From sequence record LC788709.1: a stretch of 64,000 nucleotides of DNA, one strand, 5' to 3'. Position numbers and translations under genes: made by a program. This document shows, piece after piece, positions 55,456 through 61,623 of the stretch. The notes beneath the pieces are model-generated. The model was not told the origin of the DNA and ran no database searches. It was given only the letters and a program-made list of their open reading frames with translations. Position 1 is the stretch's first letter. Each line of letters starts with the position of its first letter. The DNA is from Escherichia coli phage Shin27.

Positions 55456-55641
55456 TCAGTAATCTCCGTTGTTGTTGTATACTACCCCACTGCTCGGGAG
55501 TTCTTCTACTATCACATCCTCGAATTCTATAGAACTTCTATGGTTTCTAGTCAGTTCGATTGCTTCTTCTGCAGTTTCTGCAACGACAATAGCTGTACCA
55601 CCTAACCACAGGCCGCTATAGTTCACTTTAAAAATTTTCAT
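55456..55641 (-). CDS. hypothetical protein
   Basis: 61-aa ORF. Confidence 0.4.
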   Translation of the reverse strand: MKIFKVNYSGLWLGGTAIVVAETAEEAIELTRNHRSSIEFEDVIVEELPSSGVVYNNNGDY

Positions 55642-55654
55642 TTCGAAAATCCTA

Positions 55655-55697
55655 CATACAAGAAAACCCCAGACTACCTATTCAATAGCTGGGGTTT
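55655..55697 (-). terminator. Rho-independent terminator
   Basis: AACCCCAG-N16-CTGGGGTT followed by TTCTTGT. Confidence 0.6.
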
Positions 55698-55705
55698 ATT
55701 ATTAA

Positions 55706-56005
55706 TTAGATAATTTCGACAATATCCTGAGTTACAAAACCGTCGAATTCATCAGAGATACCACCTGTAAAGGTGATGCCCATAATCATTGCATCCATCT
55801 TTTTAATCTCCGAGATTTTCATGCCTGCTTTACTATTCTTATAGTATTTGCGAGGATTCCCACACATCCAACAAGAACAGATGCAAGGAGTGGTAGTGAT
55901 AATGCCTAACCGCTTAGGACTTTCTTCATGTGGGAAGACTGTCCAATACTTTTTGCGATTGTTTTTCACACGTTGCCGGTGATGGCGTCTTAATGCTCGA
56001 TCCAC
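55706..56005 (-). CDS. hypothetical basic Cys-rich protein
   Basis: 99-aa ORF with RRHHRQRVKNNRKKY and CICSCWMCGNPRKY. A terminator follows. Confidence 0.5.
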   Translation of the reverse strand: MDRALRRHHRQRVKNNRKKYWTVFPHEESPKRLGIITTTPCICSCWMCGNPRKYYKNSKAGMKISEIKKMDAMIMGITFTGGISDEFDGFVTQDIVEII

Positions 56006-56086
56006 ACATTTCTCCTAAAACTTGGGAGATAAATGGAGTTTGCTCGACTACCTTGCGTAGCTGGGAGAAATCGTATCCAAACCCCA

Positions 56087-56455
56087 TTATATCGCCTGAG
56101 TAAATGTACGACTAATAACGTCGTTCTGTTGTTCACGCGTCAATGCGTTAAATCGAACAGCATAGCCAGAGACACGGATGGTCAACTGAGGATATTTTTC
56201 AGGATGTTTCTGTGCATCCAAAAGCTGATCACGGCTTAACACATTGACATTTAGGTGCTGACCACCCTCGACTTGAGGAACCACTTCCACATCTACAATG
56301 CGAAAGGCCTCAGGGTCAAAGTGAGGTGTGATACCTTCTAGATCTTCGACTAGAACTTTCTGTTTAAGTTCACCATCTTTAGAATATAGTTGAATGATCT
56401 GATTGTTATGAACAATGTTAATTACGCCAGACTTAAGACTTTGATATGCTTTCAT
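56087..56455 (-). CDS. grcA: autonomous glycyl-radical cofactor (GrcA/YfiD-like)
   Basis: 122-aa ORF. The C-terminal ~70 aa are near-identical in pattern to E. coli GrcA as recalled: [12 protein letters not shown]...[32 protein letters not shown]. Confidence 0.85.
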   Translation of the reverse strand: MKAYQSLKSGVINIVHNNQIIQLYSKDGELKQKVLVEDLEGITPHFDPEAFRIVDVEVVPQVEGGQHLNVNVLSRDQLLDAQKHPEKYPQLTIRVSGYAVRFNALTREQQNDVISRTFTQAI

Positions 56456-56820
56456 TAGATCTCCCTGATGTTAGAATTTGGCTCAGCTTTTTGTTAACCC
56501 AGAAGCAAGATAAAAACTGGAAGGCAGGCTTGCTTATTAAGTGAATACCCGATAATCGCTCGTAGTCCGGCTTGTGGATTGATAGTCCCATTCAGTTTAA
56601 TAAGCACAGGAGCTTTGATTTTAACGTTGCGATCTTCCAGGTCTGTTGCAACTACGTGATTGCTCACGCTAAGACAATGGCTATCTAAAGTCTTAGCTTC
56701 TACATTTATACTCCTGGATAGCATGGAGTTGCAGTCTACTTCCTGCTGTCACGCCCGGCCATTTATAGAATGTGGACTCTCTTCTCAGCAGGATCTGGTA
56801 CAATGACCTGATCCTCTGTT

Positions 56821-56896
56821 TGGTAGTTAGTAGTGGATTTGAACCACTGTAGTCGCTCCGTATGAAGGAGGTGCATAACCACTCTGCCAACTAACT
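56821..56896 (-). tRNA. tRNA, anticodon CAU (Met or Ile2 type)
   Basis: Acceptor AGTTAGT/ACTAACT, T-arm AGTGG-TTCAAAT-CCACT, anticodon loop TTCATAC, A73, CCA encoded. Confidence 0.7.
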
Positions 56897-56902
56897 ATAA
56901 TT

Positions 56903-56978
56903 TGGTACTCCGACTTGGGATCGAACCAAGATTTGACGATTATCGGTCGCCTGTTCTAACCGTTTGAACTATCGGAGC
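56903..56978 (-). tRNA. tRNA-Ile (GAU) with C at position 33
   Basis: Acceptor GCTCCGA/TCGGAGT, anticodon arm GGCGA-CCGATAA-TCGTC, T-arm CTTGG-TTCGATC-CCAAG, CCA encoded. Confidence 0.7.
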
Positions 56979-56979
56979 A

Positions 56980-57273
56980 TTACATCATTTCGTCTAAGTA
57001 AGAAGTATACTGGTATTTAGCTTCTCCAGTTTTATCTACTTCGACTTCTGTTCTAGGTACTTTTCGTACCAGACCGTGAATCATCTTGTACTGAATAGAC
57101 TTAGATGGTTCGTGATCTTTTGGAAATACTTGTTTAACCGTTACTACTTTGAAGCCTTCACGAGGTGTTAGCACAACAACTTGATCACCTTCTTTTATTT
57201 TCCAAGACTCAGGAAATTCGTAAGTGTAGCGTTGACCACCCGTTTGGAACACGACAGAAAGATAACGTTTCAT
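56980..57273 (-). CDS. hypothetical protein
   Basis: 97-aa ORF, the first gene behind the promoter at 57304-57332. tRNAs lie downstream. Confidence 0.55.
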   Translation of the reverse strand: MKRYLSVVFQTGGQRYTYEFPESWKIKEGDQVVVLTPREGFKVVTVKQVFPKDHEPSKSIQYKMIHGLVRKVPRTEVEVDKTGEAKYQYTSYLDEMM

Positions 57274-57303
57274 TTGGTTTCCCTCTCATTAATTTATGTA
57301 AAT

Positions 57304-57332
57304 ATTATAACAAGAAATAAGAGAGAAGGCAA
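57304..57332 (-). promoter_or_regulatory. T5 early-type sigma70 promoter
   Basis: TTGCCT, 17 nt, TATAAT, then leader ...AAATTAATGAGAGGGAA. Confidence 0.6.
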
Positions 57333-57347
57333 ATGAATTTTTAAATT

Positions 57348-57422
57348 TGGTGCTCCCACCAGGAATCGAACCCGGTTCAGATGCTTACAAGGCAACTGCA
57401 TCGCCAGCAATGCTTTAGGAGC
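57348..57422 (-). tRNA. tRNA-Thr (UGU)
   Basis: Acceptor GCTCCTA/TGGGAGC, loop CTTGTAA, T-arm CCGGG-TTCGATT-CCTGG, CCA encoded. Confidence 0.8.
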
Positions 57423-57589
57423 AATAAACCCGTTATTTCAACGGAATTTCTTTTTCAAATACAGGAGACTTATCAGACATTACTGTCATAGCCAACTGCT
57501 GTAGAAATTCGAATGAGAGTTTTAAACGTTCTTCACCCAACTCAACCTCAACACACTTCATTTGCTTATCAACCTTTAGCTTTAGATTA

Positions 57590-57811
57590 TCAGCCCTCTT
57601 CGGGTTCTCTTTGCTCAGCTATTGCTAGCCAGTCTGGTAAAAGAAACTTAGTACGAAATTCTTCATATGTTTCTTCTGGATGAAAGCTATAGCCTTGCTT
57701 TTCATCATTTAATAAAACCGAACCGTCTTCCTGTTCATAAGCTCGGTATGTTTCACCAATAATTAAAACTCGTCTATTGGGGTTTTTATTACGAAACTCA
57801 AAAACGTCCAT
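57590..57811 (-). CDS. hypothetical protein
   Basis: 73-aa ORF between tRNA genes. Confidence 0.5.
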   Translation of the reverse strand: MDVFEFRNKNPNRRVLIIGETYRAYEQEDGSVLLNDEKQGYSFHPEETYEEFRTKFLLPDWLAIAEQREPEEG

Positions 57812-57826
57812 AACGTTTCCTTAAGT

Positions 57827-57901
57827 TGGTGCGGGATACGAGAGTCGAACTCGTGTCTACTGGTTGGAAGCCAGTTATTCTAGCCACTGAACTAATCACG
57901 C
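57827..57901 (-). tRNA. tRNA-Gly (UCC)
   Basis: Acceptor GCGTGAT/ATCCCGC (one mismatch), arm ACTGG-CTTCCAA-CCAGT, T-arm ACGAG-TTCGACT-CTCGT, CCA encoded. Confidence 0.8.
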
Positions 57902-57907
57902 ATAAAT

Positions 57908-57983
57908 TGGCTGGAGAAGGAGGAATCGAACCTACCATTAACGGAGTCAAAGGCCGTTGTGCTAACCGTTACACTACTCTCCA
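57908..57983 (-). tRNA. tRNA-Gln (UUG)
   Basis: Acceptor TGGAGAG/TTCTCCA with U1-A72, G73, loop CTTTGAC, T-loop TTCGATT, CCA encoded. Confidence 0.8.
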
Positions 57984-57989
57984 AGTATT

Positions 57990-58065
57990 TGGCTGGGATG
58001 CCACGGATCGAACGTGGAACCTTCGGAGTCAGAGGCCGACGATCTGCCAATTGATCTACATCCCA
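57990..58065 (-). tRNA. tRNA-Gln (CUG)
   Basis: Acceptor TGGGATG/CATCCCA with U1-A72, G73, loop CTCTGAC, T-arm CCACG-TTCGATC-CGTGG, CCA encoded. Confidence 0.8.
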
Positions 58066-58072
58066 ATAATTT

Positions 58073-58273
58073 TTATTCTACAGGAACCGTGGCAATTGGA
58101 TCTGGTTCTTCTAGACGTTTACCATTATGGTCAACACGAATAATACCACAACCTTCACAGATTACAACAGCACCATAGCCTTCTTTAACTTCGGCTTCTG
58201 TAATCAGACCAGAAAGATCACCAGTATCTTTGCCCCACATATCGATAGAGCATTCTTTGCAGAAATCAGCCAT
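58073..58273 (-). CDS. zinc-ribbon protein
   Basis: 66-aa ORF with CKEC...CEGC, located between tRNA genes. Confidence 0.5.
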   Translation of the reverse strand: MADFCKECSIDMWGKDTGDLSGLITEAEVKEGYGAVVICEGCGIIRVDHNGKRLEEPDPIATVPVE

Positions 58274-58297
58274 ATTTTAGTTCCTGTATAAGTTAAT

Positions 58298-58372
58298 TGG
58301 TGCATCCTCAGGGAATCGAACCCCGATCGTAAAGTTCGTAGCTTTACATTCTTTCCGTTGAAATAAGGACGC
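58298..58372 (-). tRNA. tRNA-Arg (ACG)
   Basis: Acceptor GCGTCCT/AGGATGC, arm TAAAG-CTACGAA-CTTTA, T-arm CGGGG-TTCGATT-CCCTG, CCA encoded. Confidence 0.8.
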
Positions 58373-58377
58373 ATATT

Positions 58378-58454
58378 TGGGGTGGCTAGTGGAATTCGAA
58401 TCCACATAGGCCTGATTCACAATCAGGATCATTAACCAATTATGATATAGCCAC
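58378..58454 (-). tRNA. tRNA-His (GUG)
   Basis: Acceptor GTGGCTA/TAGCCAC, C73, arm CCTGA-TTGTGAA-TCAGG, T-arm GTGGA-TTCGAAT-TCCAC, CCA encoded. Confidence 0.8.
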
Positions 58455-58699
58455 AATTGAATACTATTAGGGGATGATCAGTCCTCCATTTGGCCGTCTA
58501 AGGTACCAAAGTTAGTCATTCTGCGCACAGGTTTTTCTCCTGATTCTTTATTGCGAATGCTCTCTAATAATACTCAATTGTGGCGGCTCTCCGAAACTCT
58601 TCTACTCTAGCCTTAGCAGCTTACTCCCGAACGCATGTCGGGAAAGTCTTACTAAGAACATCAAATAGCACCGTTACACTTTGAGCCATTAATGTATCA

Positions 58700-58830
58700 A
58701 GAAGCAGAAGGACTTGAACCTTCACGAGATAGACCATTTATCTCAGCCTCGTTTTCGGGTATCTTATGAGGAGTGGATGTTCCCCTTACGCCCTTTAGGA
58801 AGCCCCGTCTACCGATTCCGGCATACTTCA
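58700..58830 (-). ncRNA. oversized (~131 nt) tRNA-like element
   Basis: Canonical T-arm GAAGG-TTCAAGT-CCTTC is followed by TGCTTCT, which pairs 6/7 with TGAAGTA at the far end. A D-like CCG-GAATCGGTAGA-CGG is present. No CCA and no ORF. It lies 5 nt from tRNA-Ser. Confidence 0.3.
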
Positions 58831-58835
58831 AGATT

Positions 58836-58925
58836 TGGCAGAAGATAATGGAGTCGAACCATCACCGTATCACTACAGCGGGCCGGTTTTCAAGACCGGT
58901 TACGTACCACTACGTCCTATCTTCT
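58836..58925 (-). tRNA. tRNA-Ser (UGA), long variable arm
   Basis: 90 nt. Acceptor AGAAGAT/ATCTTCT, G73, arm CCGGT-CTTGAAA-ACCGG, T-arm GATGG-TTCGACT-CCATT, CCA encoded. Confidence 0.8.
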
Positions 58926-59152
58926 AGTATTTGTTCTACTTCTTTTCGAAGATCTTCTGGATTATCATGATAGGTTGTTTGCCATACATAAATAACTCCA
59001 GTATCACATGCTTTATCAAATATTTCTCGCTCAGGAAGTTTCATGCCCATTGCGTACTTGATATGAAACTCTAAAGCTTGCTTACTAGGGAATGTATGAC
59101 GCAAGAAAAACTTATCATTAACTAAATCCAACATCATAATCTTGACTTTCAT
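58910..59152 (-). CDS. hypothetical protein
   Basis: 80-aa ORF. Its last 16 nt overlap the 5' end of tRNA-Ser(UGA). Confidence 0.5.
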   Translation of the reverse strand: MKVKIMMLDLVNDKFFLRHTFPSKQALEFHIKYAMGMKLPEREIFDKACDTGVIYVWQTTYHDNPEDLRKEVEQILEDRT

Positions 59153-59173
59153 TTATATTCCCTATTAGTTGTT

Positions 59174-59266
59174 TGGCGGAAGAAGAGAGATTCGAACTCT
59201 CAAGCCTGCTTTAACAAGTCAGCCACTTTCCAAGCGGTTTTCGTCACCTAATCGATTTGCTCTTCC
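59174..59266 (-). tRNA. tRNA-Ser (GGA), long variable arm
   Basis: 93 nt. Acceptor GGAAGAG/TTCTTCC, G73, loop TTGGAAA, T-arm GAGAG-TTCGAAT-CTCTC, CCA encoded. The D-region register is uncertain. Confidence 0.6.
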
Positions 59267-59424
59267 GTAGATCTCAGGATTAAATCATAAACTTCATTAG
59301 CAGATACTGGAAGTATGAGATTATACATCTTTTGGTCATACCTCTGACCATACTCTATAAACACATACTCTTTAGTTAATGTATTAACAGCTAACCAGAT
59401 ATCAGTTATAGGAGTTTTCATCAT
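59248..59424 (-). CDS. possible small protein (58 aa)
   Basis: MMKTPITDIWLAVNTLTKEY... It is below the track cutoff. Its last 19 nt overlap the 5' end of tRNA-Ser(GGA). Confidence 0.3.
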   Translation of the reverse strand: MMKTPITDIWLAVNTLTKEYVFIEYGQRYDQKMYNLILPVSANEVYDLILRSTEEQID

Positions 59425-59440
59425 GAGTTAATCCAATGTT

Positions 59441-59521
59441 TGGTAGGGATGGAGGGACTCGAACCCACACCCGAAGACTAGAACCTAAATCTAGCGCGTC
59501 TGCCAATTTCGCCACATCCCC
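59441..59521 (-). tRNA. tRNA-Leu (UAG)
   Basis: 81 nt. Acceptor GGGGATG/CATCCCT, D region GCG-AAATTGGCAGA-CGC, arm CTAGA-TTTAGGT-TCTAG, T-loop TTCGAGT, CCA encoded. Confidence 0.75.
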
Positions 59522-59528
59522 ATTTTAT

Positions 59529-59747
59529 TTAGTTAGAAATAAATAGTAACCCTGCAACAATGGAACCTATGCCACTGAATACCATTATCAGCATAGCTTC
59601 TAAGCTGATAAAGCGGACGTTATATGGAGCGCCCCAAGAATAATCAGTAAAGAAAGTTTTCTTTTCTTTAGCTAAATCTTTAATAGTTCTAAAATAGATA
59701 GCTAGTGCTAAAGCTACAAGAACTACAGAGGCTGCTAAGAATACCAT
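59529..59747 (-). CDS. small membrane protein
   Basis: 72-aa ORF with two TM segments. Confidence 0.5.
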   Translation of the reverse strand: MVFLAASVVLVALALAIYFRTIKDLAKEKKTFFTDYSWGAPYNVRFISLEAMLIMVFSGIGSIVAGLLFISN

Positions 59748-59766
59748 ATTATTTCCTTAATTTGTT

Positions 59767-59842
59767 TGGTGGAGTCACTCAGAATTGAACTGAGTTCCAC
59801 TGCTTGCAAGGCAGTAAGTTTAACCAAATAACCTATGACCCC
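59767..59842 (-). tRNA. tRNA-Ala (UGC)
   Basis: Acceptor GGGGTCA/TGACTCC with G3-U70, A73, arm ACTGC-CTTGCAA-GCAGT, T-arm CTCAG-TTCAATT-CTGAG, CCA encoded. Confidence 0.8.
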
Positions 59843-59847
59843 GAATT

Positions 59848-59926
59848 TGGTGGAGAATAAGAGATTCGAACTCTTCTGATATCCTCGGTGCAAGCGAGGT
59901 GTCCACTCCAAGCAGACCCATTCCCC
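59848..59926 (-). tRNA. atypical tRNA, anticodon read as UGC (Ala-like)
   Basis: 79 nt. Acceptor GGGGAAT/ATTCTCC with G3-U70, arm CCTCG-CTTGCAC-CGAGG, T-arm AAGAG-TTCGAAT-CTCTT, CCA encoded. It has G at position 8, an enlarged D loop and a longer variable region. Confidence 0.5.
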
Positions 59927-59936
59927 AAAATCTTTA

Positions 59937-60152
59937 AGTTTACTAAGGCTATTAGCTCGGTGTGCGTATTACCCTCAGACATTAGCCAGTAGAGGATAAC
60001 CGCTCTTCACAAACCCGATACACTATTCAGTTGCCGCTGAATCTAGTGGACTAATCTAGAACTTATTGCAAAGTATCCCCCGCCATTAAGGGTCTACTTG
60101 CAATTGTGCTTTTTGGCAGCCAGTCCTAGGTCGAGCTAATACCTTAGTGAAC
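59937..60152 (-). ncRNA. structured leader/stable-RNA candidate downstream of an early promoter
   Basis: A 22-bp closing helix with one bulge forms between 59937-59959 and 60130-60152 and encloses ~170 nt containing at least three hairpins. No ORF. It lies between the promoter at 60189-60217 and two tRNAs. Confidence 0.3.
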
Positions 60153-60188
60153 TTTGATGAGGATTTCTCCTCATCAATTTATATAAAT

Positions 60189-60217
60189 ATTATAACAAGA
60201 AATTAAGCATCAAGCAA
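60189..60217 (-). promoter_or_regulatory. T5 early-type sigma70 promoter driving a non-coding leader plus tRNAs
   Basis: TTGCTT, 17 nt, TATAAT. The downstream leader starts with a perfect 9-bp hairpin, TGATGAGGA-GAAA-TCCTCATCA. Confidence 0.6.
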
Positions 60218-60569
60218 GTACATTTTTAGCGATTTCTTGTATTTCCTTAACGTCACTAACGAAAAGGTAATCAGAGCTTCCAGAGTGCATACTCTGCATA
60301 ACCACACCATCCTCTGGTGCATCTTCTTTCAAAGTAATACCTAACCAGAACTCGGCAAAACTAGGTGTTACCTCACCTTGACTTGCCTTGAATACATCGG
60401 CTTCTGTGATCTCCTGACCAGTAGAGAGTCCCATGTACGGTACGTTCAGATCAATATCTTTGTAAAACTCAGCTAGATCTTGTTCGAAGTCCCAACCTTT
60501 AGAGATAGCGAACTCCATTGTTACATGACCGAAATAGCCTTGAACCTTGCTTGATAATTGCATTTGCAA
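60210..60569 (-). CDS. hypothetical acidic protein
   Basis: 119-aa ORF between tRNA-Val and the promoter at 60189-60217. Confidence 0.55.
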   Translation of the reverse strand: MQMQLSSKVQGYFGHVTMEFAISKGWDFEQDLAEFYKDIDLNVPYMGLSTGQEITEADVFKASQGEVTPSFAEFWLGITLKEDAPEDGVVMQSMHSGSSDYLFVSDVKEIQEIAKNVLA

Positions 60570-60588
60570 TTCCTTATTTTGAGTTAAT

Positions 60589-60662
60589 TGGTACTCGGTG
60601 ATAGAATCGAACTATCGCAACCGCCGTGTAAAGACGGGGTTCTCCCATTAAACTAACCGAGC
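60589..60662 (-). tRNA. tRNA-Val (UAC)
   Basis: Acceptor GCTCGGT/ACCGAGT, arm CCGTC-TTTACAC-GGCGG, T-arm GATAG-TTCGATT-CTATC, CCA encoded. Confidence 0.8.
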
Positions 60663-60666
60663 AATT

Positions 60667-60744
60667 TGGTGGATTGCCTGGGATTCGAACCCAGAACTGA
60701 CGGATTAAAGGTCCGCTACTCTTATCCGGTTGAGCTAGCAATCC
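60667..60744 (-). tRNA. tRNA-Lys (UUU) with C at position 33
   Basis: Perfect acceptor GGATTGC/GCAATCC, arm GCGGA-CCTTTAA-TCCGT, T-arm CTGGG-TTCGAAT-CCCAG, CCA encoded. Confidence 0.75.
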
Positions 60745-61208
60745 AATTTTTCTACTAATAATTTAAAAGCATCTAGTACAGGTACTTCAAACCATTCCCC
60801 GGATACTCTGTAGTCTTTGAGAAGATTATGTAACTCTTTCTCCGTACGTCTTTTATCTGACGAAAATCTGAAATGGTGTAGCTTGTAGTCTCTATTAGGT
60901 GAATAGGTTTGATAACTTGCTAACCTCTCATTTACATCTATAGTCATACCTATTTTATACATGCCTGGCCATGCGGGATTACCGATTACATATACAAAAC
61001 CTTCCGTTATAGGTATTTTATGTTCTCTTTTGTATTTTAAGAGATTTAAAGCTGCCATTCGATAACAGAATTTAAATTCTGAAGTTTTTAACTTACCCTC
61101 TTTACCAGAAATTTCATTATATTTGCTCATATAAGCTCTTATAAGCTTATCATCTATAATAAAATTATCAGGAAGGTTTAAGGCAGCTAAAACTTTATTA
61201 ATTAGCAT
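60735..61208 (-). CDS. T5orf172/GIY-YIG-superfamily domain protein (homing-endonuclease-like)
   Basis: 157-aa ORF. GFVYVIGNP...YKIGMT..VNERLASYQT...EKELHNLL...GEWFEV matches the T5orf172 (MUG113-like) pattern. Confidence 0.7.
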   Translation of the reverse strand: MLINKVLAALNLPDNFIIDDKLIRAYMSKYNEISGKEGKLKTSEFKFCYRMAALNLLKYKREHKIPITEGFVYVIGNPAWPGMYKIGMTIDVNERLASYQTYSPNRDYKLHHFRFSSDKRRTEKELHNLLKDYRVSGEWFEVPVLDAFKLLVEKLDC

Positions 61209-61362
61209 AAACTTCCTTAATAGAGTAGACTTTCAAGTAAGGATGATTAATACCAAATTCCGCCATTACTTCATTTTCATCTTTACCATAATGGGCTAGT
61301 GGATACTTCTTACGATCTTTACTAGAACGTAAATCACTTACTTTTAAACGAAATAATTTCAT
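61198..61362 (-). CDS. possible small protein (54 aa)
   Basis: MKLFRLKVSDLRSSKDRKKY... Its 3' end overlaps the ATG of the T5orf172 gene. It is below the track cutoff. Confidence 0.3.
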   Translation of the reverse strand: MKLFRLKVSDLRSSKDRKKYPLAHYGKDENEVMAEFGINHPYLKVYSIKEVYAN

Positions 61363-61383
61363 TTCGAAATCCTTCTATTAAAT

Positions 61384-61461
61384 TGGAAGCGGGTGCAGGA
61401 ATCGAACCTACCTCTTTCTAGCTTATGAGACTAGCGATCTCTACCAGAGATCTAACCCGCA
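61384..61461 (-). tRNA. tRNA-Met type (CAU) with 1-72 mismatch
   Basis: Acceptor TGCGGGT/ACCCGCT, arm CTAGT-CTCATAA-GCTAG, T-arm GTAGG-TTCGATT-CCTGC. The 3' end reads TCCA. Confidence 0.65.
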
Positions 61462-61467
61462 ATTGTT

Positions 61468-61545
61468 TGGTCTCCGTGGGAGGATTTGAACCCCCGACCC
61501 TATCGCCCCAAACGAAACGCTCTGGCCAAACTGAGCTACACGGAG
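61468..61545 (-). tRNA. tRNA-Pro (UGG)
   Basis: Acceptor CTCCGTG/CACGGAG with C1-G72, loop TTTGGGG (G37), T-arm GGGGG-TTCAAAT-CCTCC, CCA encoded. Confidence 0.8.
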
Positions 61546-61577
61546 AATATTCTTTGTTAACTCACTTTATAAAATAT

Positions 61578-61606
61578 ATTATACAGAGAATTAAGCTAAA
61601 TAGCAA
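61578..61606 (-). promoter_or_regulatory. T5 early-type sigma70 promoter directly upstream of tRNA-Pro/tRNA-Met
   Basis: TTGCTA, 17 nt, TATAAT. The tRNA-Pro 5' end lies ~26 nt downstream of the predicted start. Confidence 0.65.
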
Positions 61607-61623
61607 CTACATTTTTTAATAAA

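Noticed and set aside
56494-56724. A 76-aa minus-strand ORF between the GrcA-like gene and the first tRNA.
   Set aside because: It has no SD, unusual composition and no coupling to neighbouring genes. It could be real but is unsupported, so it was left uncalled.
57826-58143. A plus-strand 105-aa ORF. Similar ORFs lie at 56693-56890, 58204-58407, 58773-58970, 61425-61619 and 61860-62162.
   Set aside because: Each simply reads through or antisense to tRNA genes or tRNA-like elements. The conserved tRNA sequence explains the open frames.
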